Shown: in pieces, positions 40,301 to 53,697 of the stretch
Position numbering within the stretch: the first letter of the stretch is position 1
Layout: each line of letters begins with the position of its first letter
Assembly (NCBI RefSeq): GCF_018350175.1
Contig: NC_058368.1
Coordinates: forward strand, 165,418,001 to 165,482,000
Origin: Felis catus
Taxonomy: Eukaryota
Reading direction: 5' to 3'
Length of the DNA: 64,000 nt
The notes under the pieces: generated by a model
The model's database searches: none
What the model was told of the DNA's origin: nothing
Seen by the model: only the letters and a program-made list of their open reading frames with translations
Translations under genes and position numbers: made by a program

Positions 40301-41271
40301 ATCAAAACAGTATTATACTGGAATAAAAAGCCACAGAGAGATCAATGGAACAGAATACAGATGGAGAAATAAAGCCACACTCATATGGTGAATTAATCTA
40401 TGACAAATGAGGCAAGAATATACAATGGGGAAAAGACAGTTTCTTCAACAAATGGTGCTGGGAAAACTGGACAGCTACATGCAAAACACTGAAACTGGAC
40501 TACTTTCTTACACCACAGACAAAAATAAACTCAAAATGAATTCACGACCTGAATGTGAGACCTGAAACCATAAGACTCCTAGAAGAAAACATAAGCAATA
40601 ATTTCTTTTACATCAGTATTAGTAACATTTTTCTAGTTATTTACCCTTAGGCAAGGGACACAAAAGCAGAAATAAACTATCTGGGCTACATCAGAATATA
40701 AAGCTTTACACAGTGAGTGAAACCATCAACAAAACAAAGAGGCAACCTACTGAATGGGAGAAGGTATTTACAAATGACATATCCATGAAGGGCTTAATAT
40801 CCAAAATATGTAATTTATACAACACATATCCTAAAAACAAATAATCTGATTTAAAAATGAACAGAGGACCTGAATAGACATTTTTACAAAAAAGACGTGC
40901 AATAGATAGACAAAAGAGAATGAAAAGATTATCAACATCACTCATCAACAGGGAAATGCAAATCAAAACCACAATGAGAGATAACCATACACCTGTCCGA
41001 ATAAATAGAAGCACCAACAAAACAAAACAAAACAAAACAAAACAAAACAAAGCAAAACAAAACAAAACACCACAAAGGAACGCTATCCACTGTTAGTGGG
41101 AATGTAATTTGGCACCACTATTGTGGAAAACAGTATGGAGCTTCCTCAAAAAATTAAAAATAGCACTATCCTATGATCCACTAATTCCACTATTGGGTAT
41201 TTACCCAAAGAAAGTGAAAACACTATTTTAAACACTATTATACTTTAATACCTTAAACACTATTTATATTT

Positions 41272-41318
<47 letters not shown>

Positions 41319-41840
41319 ACTACAGCATTATTTACAAGACCCAAGATATGAAAGGATCCAAGTAATATCAACAGATGAGTGGATAAAACAAGAAATGGTA
41401 TGTATACACAATGGAGTATTACTCAGCCATAAAAAAAAAAAGATCTTGCCATTTTTGACAACATGGATGGATCTAGAGGGTATTAGGCTAGGTAAAATAA
41501 CCCAGACAAAGACAAGTACCATATGACTTCACTTATATGTGGAATCTAAAAAACAAAACAAACAAAAGACCAGACCCTTAAATAAAGAGAACTGATGGCT
41601 GCCAGAGAAGCAGTGGGTATAGGGATGACTGAAATAGATAACAAGGATTAACAAGTACAAGCTTATAGTTATAAAATAAATAAGTCCCAGACATGAGAAG
41701 TACAACATAGGGAATATAGTCAATAATATTATAATAACATTGTTTGGTTACAGATGGTGAGCACTGAGCAATGTATAGAATTGTTAAGTCAGTATGTTGT
41801 AAGTGTGAACCTAACATCGCATGTTAATGACACTTCAACT
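35082..41840 (+). mobile_element. Near-full-length older carnivore L1 (L1_Carn-like), heavily decayed
   Basis: Starts GGAGGAAGATGGCAG; 5'UTR about 1.3 kb; ORF1 relic about 36377-37270; long spacer; ORF2 relic from 37787 (YLTIITLNIYGLN) to about 41550; 3'UTR. Confidence 0.93.
41282..41316. repeat. (TG)n microsatellite inside L1
   Basis: Direct reading. Confidence 0.95.
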
Positions 41841-41842
41841 GA

Positions 41843-41950
41843 TATATAAATATATAATATATATTATATATGTTCAATTAAAAAATATATAATATATAAT
41901 ATATATAATATATATATATTATATATATTATATATATATAATATATATAT
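41843..41950. repeat. (TA)n-rich low-complexity tract at the L1 tail
   Basis: Direct reading. Confidence 0.9.
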
Positions 41951-43010
41951 GAGAGTTACTGTCTAAAGCCTTTTCTGGATGTTATTTTTTTGAATTGCTT
42001 TATAGTTCTTATACAATAATGTTACACAGGTTTCTGGGAACATAGAATATTTTTGTATTTTGATATTCTCATCAATTATATTTGATTATGCCTCCAGATA
42101 CAGTGTGTCTGAAATAAAATCATATTTGAAAATTATCAATATACTGTTAGAATTTCAGGTTTAAAAATACTACAAGAGTGTTATATTAAGTGTGCTTATA
42201 GATTTGCAAATGCATTTGTACAGATACAGTATATTTTTAGAAAATTATTTCTTTTATGTACTTCTTTTAACAGGTATTTATTGAGCACCTACTACATGAC
42301 AGGCAATATTCTAGACACTAGAGGTAGAAAAGCTAAAAAAAATTTAAAAACTAAAAAACCTCTTTCCTTCATGAAATTAGCATTCTGTATGTGAGAAATA
42401 AAAGAGGATGAGACGTAATTTTTTAGGCTTATGTATATTAACAAGAAAATACATTTCACACATACTAATACACAAATTATACACATATTTTCCCTGTGAA
42501 TTAGCTTTTACAAAATGTAGAAATGTTTTGCTAAAATAAACTTTCTCTTGAAAATCCAAAGCATTCTGGATATAAAACTAGTTTCCTTTTCCTAGCATTG
42601 AAAACCGAACAACTTATTAAGAACATTTCTAAGGCACTCTATACAATGGGACAACTAAAAAGACAGAAATAAGATGTTTGCAGACAGGAAAAGAATGGGT
42701 AGTGTCCTTTGAATGTTATGATGATGAATTTACTAACTCAAAGACCATAATTAATGAACAAAGAAAGTGTTCTACCAGTGTCAAATGCATTCTGAAGTTT
42801 TACATCTAATAGGATTTACTTCTGAGGTGTCTCACCAGAATCAGTGGTACAATCTAAACTGAAGAATGAAATAAATCCTCCACCAATGCTATTCATCACT
42901 GTGCAGATGAAATTGGATTAAGAAGCTGTCTAGCTCAGCAGTCCCTATGATGTCGATGTTTAAAAGGCACTGAACACCATGCCAGAATGAATCAGAAATA
43001 ATAGTGCTAT

Positions 43011-43260
43011 TTTTGAAATTTGTTTGAGAAAGAGAAGAAGGAAGGAAGGAAGGAAGGAAGGAAGGAAGGAAGGAAGGAAGGAAGGAAGGAAGGAAGGAAG
43101 GAAGGAAACATGAGCAGGGGAGGGGCAGAGACAAAGGGAGAGAGAGAATCCCTAGCAGGTTGGTGTGCAGCCCCACACAGGGCTCTATCCCACCAACAGT
43201 GAGATCATGAGCTAAAATCCAGAGTCTAACACTTAACTGACTGAGCCACCCAGGTTCCCC
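43011..43260 (-). mobile_element. Older CanSINE containing an expanded (GGAA)n tract (about 43036-43106)
   Basis: ...ACTTAACTGACTGAGCCACCCAGGTTCCCC; flanks share GTGCTATTT. Confidence 0.9.
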
Positions 43261-43869
43261 AAGAATTATGGTGCTATTTGAGCTCAAGGATCTATGTGCT
43301 TACATAGCACACAAAAAATCCAAAATGTTCTCACTTCCACCCTTGACAGCATCTCTAAATTTAAACAAGAAAGTTATCTATTATAAGTGCCAATATTGTT
43401 CTCACTAAAGAAATATTTAAAGAACAACGGCTTGAAAGTGTGGAAAATAACTAGTCCCCAGTAGGAATCAGTGAAGATATGCTTATAGATACCAAATTTA
43501 ATACCTGATTTATAGTTCACAAACTTAGAAAAGAAAAAAAGTTTCCTTTTACTATGTGACAGCTGGGAGCCCTCCTAGGTTAAACCCAAAGTCATAAAAA
43601 CAGATGTTGAGCTTCATGGTATGTATGAAATATAACCTTAGATTGACTGTATCAAATATTCTTACATAAAACAAGGAGTGTAATAGATTTTTATTGGTTT
43701 ACTATCTATAAAAATATCTTAGCCATATATAGCTGTACAATTATTTAACTTAAGTAGTTCTATTATATTAACCAGAGTTCTTTGTACACATATATATACT
43801 GACTGTACATTCACTACCACTCTTTACCATAAAATAAGCAAACATAATATCACAATATTTAGTGTTTTT

Positions 43870-44063
43870 TTTAATGTTTATTTATTTTGAGAGAGTGAGC
43901 AAGAGGGTGACTGGGGGAGGGGCACAGAGAAAGGGAGAGAGGATCCAAACTGGGCTCTGCACTGACTTCAGAAAGCCTGATGCAGGGCTCAATCTCACGA
44001 ACCAGGAGTTCAGGACCTGAACTGAAGTTGGACGCCTAACCGACTAAGCCACCCATGTGTTCC
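43870..44063 (-). mobile_element. CanSINE
   Basis: Reverse SINE; flanks TAGTGTTTTT and TAGCATTTTT. Confidence 0.92.
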
Positions 44064-44329
44064 TAGCATTTTTAAATCCACTCCCCTGGGACCAAAGATC
44101 TTCAGTGCATAATCATATCAGCAGCTTTTGAATCTAGCCTGGCTTACCCAACACCCATTCCTTATTTTCCCAAACAGGTCTTCACCTTAGAAGCTGGAAA
44201 AGGTAAATGATTACTTTTAAATATTCTCTTGGATGAAGGTTTAATTATGTGATACACAGTAAAATAAATATAAGTAGATGTTTCTCAAAAGCTTCTGTGA
44301 AAGTTTTGCTTTTTATCATGAAAAGCAAT

Positions 44330-44560
44330 TGATGCTCTCTCCCCTTTTCTTTCTTGTTTGGAATGTTAACAAAGACTTGGATCTTCAGCAGCCATCTTGC
44401 AGCCAAAGAGAAAATCAAGGGAATCAAAGAGATGTTGATTTGAACCACTAAACCAACAATGGTTGTACATGAACTCCAGCCCTTATGTTATATGGGAATA
44501 CACCTATTTATTTAAGTCATTTCTGGTCAAGAATCTCAGTGTAGCAAAAGCTGCTTACCA
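44330..44560. mobile_element. Possible ERVL/MaLR LTR relic (LTR16/MLT-like)
   Basis: GCAGCCATCTTG...TTTATTTAAGTCATT motifs. Confidence 0.35.
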
Positions 44561-45019
44561 ATACAGATAATTTCCAAATAATTATTAAAATATATATTTT
44601 GCTTAAACTAATTTAGGAACAATAGGATTTTTTTTAAAGATAGCCCATGAGTCAATGACCAGCAAATTAAGCAAATAAACCCACAAGCTTGGGATAAATT
44701 AACTCCCAAGCATTGAGAGAAAAAAAAAAGATTTAGGAGAATGGTTTTCAAAATATATGTTTTTTTCAAAATATATTCTTATTGCTTTGTTTGCACAGTT
44801 TTTATGTAAGCAATTTGGCTGACAGAGATTGGAAATTAAGGAATGAAATAAAAACAAGTGTGTGGGAAAAATAGATAAAAAGGAAAGAAGGAAAAATGAA
44901 GCCTAGTGTGACAACACAAAGAAAAAGGTATGAACTTTCAGTAGGCGAAAGCAAAGTGTCAAATGTTAAATTGTAGATAAACTCTGGACACCTATTCCAG
45001 ATATATAAATATGACTGTT

Positions 45020-45213
45020 GGGGTGCCTAGGTAGCTCAGTCGGTTAAGTGTCGACTTCCGCTCAGGTCGTGAGCTCCCAGTTCGTGGGTTTGAGCCCCCA
45101 TGTCAGGGTCTCTGCTGTAAGCACGGGGCCCACTTCAGATCCTCTGTCTCCTCTCTCTGTCCGTCCCCCACTCATACATGCGCTGTTTCAAAAACAAACA
45201 TTAAAAAAAAAAC
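45020..45213 (+). mobile_element. CanSINE
   Basis: GGGGTGCCTAGGTAGCTCAGTCGGTTAAG head and A tail. Confidence 0.93.
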
Positions 45214-45293
45214 TGTCTACAAAACATTTGACAGAGCAGTGCAGCAACACAAGACAATCATGGGACTTTTATTTCTGTAAAAACTTGATTTAC

Positions 45294-45506
45294 GGGGCGC
45301 CTGGGTGGCGCAGTCAGTTAAGCATCCGACTTCAGCCAGGTCACGATCTCGCGGTCCGTGAGTTCGAGCCCTGCGTCGGGCTCTGGGCTGATGGCTCAGA
45401 GCCTGGAGCCTGTTTCCAATTCTGTGTCTCCCTCTCTCTCTGCCCCACCCCCGTTCATGCTCTGTCTCTCTCTGTCCCAAAAATAAAATAAAACTTTGAA
45501 AAAAAA
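45294..45506 (+). mobile_element. Young felid CanSINE
   Basis: Near-consensus body; TSD AAAAACTTGATT at 45279-45290 and 45507-45518. Confidence 0.97.
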
Positions 45507-45889
45507 AAAAACTTGATTAAAATATGCTAGCTCCAACTCTATTCCCATAAGCTACTGAGCAGTCAACTTCTAATTCTTCTCATTTGCAAAATTGTGAAAC
45601 TACTATTACATTTGGAATAAAATTAGAAAATATACCAAATGATGTTTATCATCATATTCATTATATAAATATTTAGTTTTCTTTCATAGCATCCTTCCAA
45701 GTTGACTTACCATATTCTCATTGGTTCTCATTTTTATCTTTAAAATCCCTTTCTAGTGGGTGTCCACAGCTATAATCTTCTCACATACAATCTATATTCT
45801 TTAATGCTTTCTTAAGTACACTTCTAAGATAAAAATCTTAGCATATACTGTTTATTAAGAATATAAATGGTCATCCATTGTCTGTAGAT

Positions 45890-45966
45890 CAGAAGTTCTT
45901 TATTGGGATGATTTTATCCTCACATGACATTTGGCAGTATCTGGGGACATTACTGATTATCACAAA

Positions 45967-46009
<43 letters not shown>

Positions 46010-46112
46010 AGTCAAGGATGTTGATAAAAATCTCACAACATATAGAAGCAGGCCACCATAACAAAAAATTATATTACTCAAAATTTCAATAGTGTTGGAG
46101 TTGAGCAACTGT
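45890..46112 (+). mobile_element. MER20 (hAT-Charlie MITE) with internal (GT)n expansion
   Basis: GACATTTGGCAGTATCTGGGGACATT...AAAATTTCAATAGTG...GTTGAGCAAC follows the recalled MER20 consensus end to end; (GT)n at 45969-46006. Confidence 0.8.
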
Positions 46113-46388
46113 GCTCTTATAACCACAACTCTTTGGCACACAAAGTTCTTCAAGGTCTAAACTTTGCCCAGCTCTCCTATCATTAATTATATACTTTAAT
46201 TTAAATGGTTTTGTATTTTTTTCTAAATAAACAAAAACTTTTGTAAAATTACTGCTGCCATTAAAATTTAATGATTTTTATCATTTATTATTAATGAAGT
46301 CATCCAACTTGATCATTTTTCTTTCCTTATCTGAAATGGCTGGGTTTGATTAAATCTAAGTTCCATTCAAGTGTTAAATTTTATTTTA

Positions 46389-46601
46389 TTTTTTTTTTCA
46401 ACGTTTATTTATTTTTGGGACAGAGAGAGACAGAGCACAAATGGGGGAGGGGCAGAGAGAGAGGGAGACACAGAATTGGAAACAGGCTCCAGGCTCTGAG
46501 CCATCAGCCCAGAGCCCGACGCGGGGCTCGAACTCACGGACCGCGAGATCGTGACCTGGCTGAAGTCGGACGCTTAACCGACTGCGCCACCCAGGCGCCC
46601 C
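46389..46601 (-). mobile_element. Young felid CanSINE
   Basis: TSD TAAATTTTATTTTA at 46375-46388 and 46602-46615. Confidence 0.97.
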
Positions 46602-46684
46602 TAAATTTTATTTTAAAGTGAGAGTAATATTCCATTCAATTAAATTTCAAATGCTTATTATTTTTGTAATAATTATGAAAGAAT

Positions 46685-47090
46685 AGAAAGACAAAGACTA
46701 TATGCTCTCACATATATGTATAATCTAAAAAAAGAAAAGAAAAGCCAAACTAGAACAGAGTGGAATGGGATTTATCTGGAGTTGGAAAATGGAGAGATGT
46801 TGACCAAAGGGAATAAATTTCCAGTTATAAGATAAATACTTCTAGAGATCTAATATACAGCATGGTGACTATAATTAAAAATACTGTATCAAAGACTTGA
46901 AATTTGCTAGAATAGATATTAAATCTTCTGACCACATTCAAAAACATACAATTACATGATGGATATGTTAACTTACCTTATTGTAGTAATAATCTTGCAA
47001 TATATACAAGTATGCAAATAATTACACTGTACACCTTAAACTTACATATTGCTCTAAGTCAAGTATAGATCTCAACAAAATTGGAAAAAA
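46685..47090 (+). mobile_element. Older L1 3'UTR fragment
   Basis: TTCCAGTTATAAGATAAAT...ACAGCATGGTGACTATA...TGTACACCTTAAACTTACA. Confidence 0.8.
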
Positions 47091-47108
47091 GTATATAGAA
47101 AGTTTACA

Positions 47109-47540
47109 TTTTTTTAGTTAAAAAAGTTTTTAGTATAGTTGACTCACAATGTTACATTAGTTTCAGGTGTACAGCTTATTGATTTGATAAGTTTAAAGCT
47201 CAAACAATCTAACCTTATGCTTAAAGGAACTAGAAAAAGAAGAGTGAAACCCAAGGAGAATAGAAGAAAGGAGATAATAAAGATCAGAGCAGAAATAAAT
47301 GACAAAGTATCGAAAAATAAAATGGAGAACATGAAACTAAGAGCTGGCTCTTTGAAAAAATAAACAACATTAACAAACTTTTAGCCAGGCTCATCGAGAA
47401 AATAGAGAAAGACCCCAGTGAATAAAATCAGAAATAAGAGAGAAGTAACAATTGATACCACCCATAAACAAAGCACTATGAGAGAATACTACAAAAAATT
47501 ATATGCTAACAAACTGGGCAGCCTAGAAAAAGTGGCTAAA
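47109..47540 (-). mobile_element. Short L1 insertion with inverted ORF2 segment
   Basis: Antisense L1 3' terminus about 47109-47190 abuts a sense ORF2 piece about 47197-47540 ([13 protein letters not shown]). Confidence 0.6.
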
Positions 47541-49475
47541 AAACTTTACACACACAAAAACTGGAATAGTGGTTTGTAATTTCAGAAATCAGAAGAGGAA
47601 AACTACTGAAGAGTTCTAAAGACTTTAGGATATAGTGTGTTGACACAAAGAAACCATATCTAATAATAATTGATATAACTTCTGATAAAGTTTAATATAT
47701 CCATACTTCTAATATTCTGATAAAACAGGTGTGTTTTTGTTTCTATCCATAGAGACTATAATGCCACGTATAATACAGTGTTAAGCTTAATGAATAGCAT
47801 TGATGTTGATAAGAATCTTAGAAAAGACTCATTTTCTTCAATGAACATTGGTTTTGCCTAGTCTCACAATGAACGAGCCTAAATAATGACCTGTGTAGGA
47901 GAATTTTTTTAAGTCACATTATGTTGAAATATTACCTTCAAATTCAGTGGAATAAGGATGTTTTCATAACTTAATCTTAGTAACAGAAATGGAAGAATAG
48001 AAATACACATAAAGTTATGCATCATTAGATTCTAAGCAGGAGAGAGAAGCAAAGAGAAGTGGGTTATCACGAGGTTTCCAACAGACAATGGTCACAAACC
48101 AGTCACAAGATATTCAGTAGCATCAACTCTTGTGACAAAATGGAAAGGTCTATTCCATTATCAAAGAATTTAGGCAGATTTTTCCTACATTATCATTTAT
48201 TCCTTTTGCTTATGTGAATAATTTTTTTCAATTTTTAAGTTTATGAGTAAATAAAAGAGAAATAAAACTGATATTGAAACAAACACGGTCGATTCTAGTG
48301 ATAAGTCAGTTTTGTTTTACTTATTGTTTTTTTTTTTTGTTTTTTGTTTTTTGTTTTTTTTTACTTATGGGCTATTTGAAAAAGAAGCCCAATCCAAATA
48401 AGGACATAAATTTCAAATAAAAATTCAACTTTTCAATTTTAATAATTATGTCTAAAATTATATGGTATATTTATATTGTTTTGTTGTGTTTAAATAAGAA
48501 ATTCAATAAAAATTCAACATAGGAGAAGTTTAACACTTTGTGCCTAATATCACAGAAAATTTACAAAACATCCATCAACCAATATCCATCTCTCTGTCTC
48601 TTCCCAGAAGCTATGTTATTTAATCACCCAAACCTTTGCTGTAAGATAGACAGTATATTCCCTATTTCATAGATGACCAAAGTCAAGCGATTCAAAGTCT
48701 TCAAATCATGCAGCAGGTTAGTACAAGACTTGAAATTTAAATTCAGGGGGTAAATAAATATATTTTTAATAAGTAAACTACTTCTTATATCAGATACCAT
48801 GATAATTTTTGAGCAATCTCAAGATATATCTTTGATTACTATTTGTCATTTTCTGTAAAGCAAAATTGTAGCTCAAGGAAATTTTTACAATGCTTCATAT
48901 AACAGTGTTATTAACTGGCAAAACTGAGATTGGAATACAGACTTTCAGTACCAAAGCCCATGCTTAACCACTAAGTTCTGTGGTTTCTTCAGTGCAAGTG
49001 GAGCTGGATATTTTGACAGGTATTTAACAATGTTCTTACATTTCAACCATTACAACAATTGAATAACTGCCCTATCATTAGCCAACTTTGCATTTGCCAT
49101 TCAAAGGGTGTAAAATAAAGCAACCATTTCTGTTTTAAAATAAAATTTGACAAAATGTAATTAAGATTAAAGTTGAACATGGCAAAATTTATTCAGAGGA
49201 ATTTTATTTTCAGAATCCATTTACAAGTTTGAAGTGGGTAGAGAAAAATGAGATGCTTTAAAATAGTAGTGTTTAATATTAGAAAAATGTATTTTGACAT
49301 ATGCTATAAAAATTAATAGATACAGAGCCCTATAGGGACACAGTCCTTATATGATATGATATCTGAAATTATTTGAACTATTTTCACTTGGTAGATGACT
49401 TCATTTAATTAATAAGGAAACTAAAAATGTGATGATGATCTATTTTAATATTTAGTTAAAATATAAAATAGTGTT

Positions 49476-49675
49476 GGGGCACCTGGGTTGCTCAGTCAGT
49501 TAAGTGTCCCACTCTTGATTTCAGCTCAGGTTATGATCTCACACGTTCATGAGTTTAAGCCCCACATTGGGCTCTGCTTTGACAGCATAGAGCCTGCTTG
49601 GGATTCTCTGTCTCCCTGTCTTTCTGCCACCCCACCTTGTCTCTCAAAAATGAATAAATAAATTTTAAAAAATTC
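49476..49675 (+). mobile_element. CanSINE
   Basis: TSD ATATAAAATAGTGT at 49461-49474 and 49676-49689. Confidence 0.95.
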
Positions 49676-51269
49676 ATATAAAATAGTGTCTCTTAATTGA
49701 GATATAATACTTTATAATGAATAAATTTCAGTAAGAATGGCCTTTCGATTGATGCAAATACTTAGGCAAGTTCAATTATTTAAGATAATTCAAATTAACA
49801 CATTTTATATTTTATGTAAATTAAATACAACAGCATTTTTTGATTCATAATTTTTATATATAACATTGACTCTACATCAGGTGATAATGGTATTCATTTT
49901 TCAGGATAACTTGCCTACATAGACTAGTTTAGTCTAAACTTAAAACTAAAGATTAGTTTAGACTTAAAAAACGGACTTGGATTCAAATCATAATAAAATT
50001 AGAAAATGATTCAAACTGAACGACATTGATAGGGTGTGGGGTGTAGCTAAAACCGCTTAAAGAAAAATATATACTTTTAAATGTATATTAGAGAAAGGAA
50101 TGACTGGTGATGAATTAAGTTTCTATGTTAAGAGACTAGAAAAGGGACAACAAGGCAAACAAAAAGTACAGGGGTAATAAATTTTAAAATAAAATTTATA
50201 AAAGTAGGATTCATGGGACCTCATCAAGATAAAAAGCTTCTGTCCAGAGAAGGAAACAATCAGCAAAACCAAAGGAAACAAATGGAATGGAGAAAGATAA
50301 TTGCAAATGACATATGAGATAAAGGGTTTGCATCCAAATCTATAAAGAACTTAATAAATTCAGCACCCAAAAACCAAATAATCCAGTGATGAAATAGGCA
50401 AAAGACATGAACAGATATTTTTCCAAAGAAGACATCCAGATGACTAACAGACACATGAAAATATACTCAACATCACTCATCATCAGAGAAATACAAATCA
50501 AAACACAATGAGATAGCATTTCACACCTGTTAAAATGACTAAAATGAACAACTCAGGAAACAACAGATGTTGGCAAGGATGCAGAGAAAGAGGAACCCTT
50601 ATGCACTGTTGATAGGAATGCAAGCTGGTGTAGCCACTCTTGTGAACAGGATGGTGGTTGTTCAAAAAATTAAAAATAGAACTTATCCATGACCCAGCAA
50701 TTGCACTACTATGTATTTATCCAAAGGATACAGAAATGCTTATTCAAAGGGGCACATGTACCCCATTTTTATAGCAGCACTATCAACAATAACCAAAGTA
50801 TGGAAAGAGCACAAATGTCCATCTACCAATGATAAAGAAGATGTGGTGTATACATACATACAATGAAATATTACTTGGTTAAAAAAAAAGTAATGAAATT
50901 TTGCATTTTCCAAATACATGGATGGAACTACAGTGTATTATGCTAAATGAAATAAGGAAGGAAGGAAGACAAATTTGTCAGAGGAAGACAAATATCATAT
51001 GATTTGACTCAAATGTCCACTGACTGACAAATGGATAAAGAAGAGTGGTATACATATACACAATGGAATATTACTAGGTACTTAAAAAAATGAAATCTTG
51101 CCATTTGCAACCATGTGGATGGAACTAGAGTGTATTATGCTAAGCAAAATAAGTCAGTCATGGAAAAATAATTACCATATGATTTCATGCATATGCGGAA
51201 TTTAAGAAACAAAACAGATGAACATAGGGGAAGGAAAGGAAACATAAGATAAAAAGAGAGAGGAAGATT

Positions 51270-51485
51270 GGGGTACCTGGGTGGCTCAGTCCGTTAAGCA
51301 TGAGACTCTTGCTTTTGGCTCAGGTCATGATCTTAGGGCTCAGGCATTTTGAGCCCCGCATCTGGCTCTACACTGACAGTGTGGAGCCTGCTTAGGATTC
51401 TCTTCCTCTCTCTCTCTGCCCTTCCCCTGCTCTCTGTCTCTCTGTATCGCTATCAAAAAATTAAAATTAAAGAAAAAGATTTTTA
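51270..51485 (+). mobile_element. CanSINE (first of a tandem pair)
   Basis: GGGGTACCTGGGTGGCTCAG head, (CT)n and A-rich tail. Confidence 0.93.
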
Positions 51486-51720
51486 GGGGCACCTGGGTGA
51501 CTCAGTCGGTTAAGTCCGACTCGGCTCAGGTCATAATCTCACAGTTCGTGTATTCAAGCCTGGTATCTGTTACCACAGAGCCTGTCTGTTAGCACAGAAC
51601 CTAGAGCCTGCTTTGGATTCTGTCTCCCCATCTCTCTGCCCCTCCTCCACTCGTGCTCTGTCTCTATCTCTCAAAAATAAATAAACATTAAAAAAATTTA
51701 AAAAGAAAAAAAATTTAAAA
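51486..51720 (+). mobile_element. CanSINE (second of a tandem pair)
   Basis: GGGGCACCTGGGTGACTCAG head directly after the first tail. Confidence 0.93.
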
Positions 51721-52770
51721 AGGCAGGCAAACAGTAAGAGACTCTTAAGTATGGATAACAAACTGAGGGTTGCTGGAGGTGTGTTGGGTGGGGGGGGATG
51801 GTCTAAATAGGTGACGGGCATTAAGGGAAATAGGAGGAAGATGGCAGCGTAGGAGGATGCTGGGCTCACCGATGTCCTGCTGATCAGTTAGATTCCACCC
51901 ACACCTGCCTAAATAACCAGAAAACCTCCAGAAGACTAGCAGAAGGGATTCTGCAGAGCTAAGTGTAGACAAGAGGCCCATGGAAGAGGATAGGAAGGGC
52001 TGAGAGGCTGTGCGTGCTACAAGAACAGGTGGGAGGGAGCCAGGGCAGAGGGGCAGCCCACTGGCAAAGCAAAGCAGAGCCCCTGAGTCTGGCTTGCAAA
52101 AGCAGAGGGGCCGGATGGAGTGTGTTCTGACAGCAAGTGGAACTTAACATCTGGAAGATTATAAATTAACAGCTCTGCTCGGTAAATGGAAGGGCTAGAG
52201 GACAATGAGAGGGCTAGAGGACAATGGGAGGGAGAGTTGTTCAGCCCCAGACGACAGAGCTCAGTTTGGCAGGGAACAAAGGCACTAGCCAGTGCCATCT
52301 CCCTTGCCCATCCCCCAGCCAAAATCCCAAAGGGAACCAGTTCCTGCCAGGGAACTTGCTTGCACCATGCAAACACCCAACCCTGTGCTTCTGGAGATCC
52401 ATCCCTCTGGCAGGGCTGACTCCTTCCCGCTGCTGCAGGGCCCCTCCTGAAGCAGATCACCTAAGGAAAAGCTAGCTGACCATTCCCCTCCCACCCCTGT
52501 GCACCTTGCCGATCTACCCCAGCTAATATGTCAGATCCCCAGCACCACAAGCCTGGCAGTGTGCAAGTAGCCCAGACAAGAGCCACACCACCCCACAGTG
52601 AATCCCGCCCCTAGGAGAGGGGAAGAGAAGGTACACACCAGTCTGACTGTGGCCCCAGCGGTGGGCTGGAGGCAGACATCAGGTCTGCGGCCCCGCCCAC
52701 CAATACAAGTTATTCAAGACAGCACAGGGGCAGTGCCCGCAGTTCCGCACCACTCCAGGGACTATCCAAA

Positions 52771-53647
52771 ATGACGAAATGGAAGAATTCCCCTCAAAAG
52801 AAACTCCAGGAAGTAGTGAAAGCTAACGAACTGATCAAAAACAATTTAAACAATATAAAAGAAAGTGAATTTAAAATAATAGTCATAAAATTAATTGCTG
52901 GGCTTGAAAACAGTATTGAGTACAGCAGAGAATCTATTGCTACAGAGATCAAGGGACTAAGGAACAGCCAGGAGGAGCTAAAAAATGCTATAAATGAGCT
53001 GCAAAATAAAATGGAGGCAACCACAGCTTGGACTGAAGAGGCAGAGGAGAGAATAGGTGAGAAGATAAAATTCCGGAAAAAGAGGACGCTGAGAAAAAGA
53101 GAGATAAAAAATCCAGGAGTATGAGGGGGAAAATTAGAGCACTAAGGGATGCACTAAAGAGAAATGATCTCCGCATAATTGGTATTCCAGAGGAGGAAGA
53201 GAGAGGGAAAGGTGCTGAAGGTGTACTTGAAGAAATCGTAGCTGAGAACATCCCGGATCTGGGGAAGGAAAAAGTTATTGAAATCCAATCGGCACAGAGA
53301 ACTCTCTTCAGATGTAACTTGAATTGATCTTCTGCATGACCTCTCATAGTGAAACTGGCAAAATACAAGGACAAAGAGAAAATTGTGAAAGCAGCTAGGG
53401 ATAAACATGCTCTAACATATAAAGGGAGAACAATAAGATTTGTCACTAATCTCTCTACTGAAACTTGGCAGAAAGGAATGGCAGGAGATCTTCAATGTGA
53501 GGAACAGAAAAAATATGCAGCCAAGAATCCTTTATCCAGCAAATCTGTCATTCAGCATAGAAGGAGAGATAAAGGTCTTCCCAAACAAACAAAAATTGAA
53601 GGAATTCACCACCATTAAACCAAGAGATCCTAAGGGGGATCCTGTGA
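52771..53647 (+). pseudogene. L1 ORF1p, disrupted
   Basis: MTKWKNSPQKKLQE...; several frameshifts and stops. Confidence 0.93.
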
Positions 53648-53697
53648 GACAAAGTACCAGAGACATCACTACAAGCATGAAACCTACAGACATCACA

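Larger units (their letters stand above)
50207..51826 (+). mobile_element. 5'-truncated carnivore L1 (ORF2 C-terminus and 3'UTR); continues at 57754-57866
   Basis: Begins TGGGACCTCATCAAGATAAAAAGCTTCTG; the 3'UTR is split by two SINEs and a full-length L1. Confidence 0.9.
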
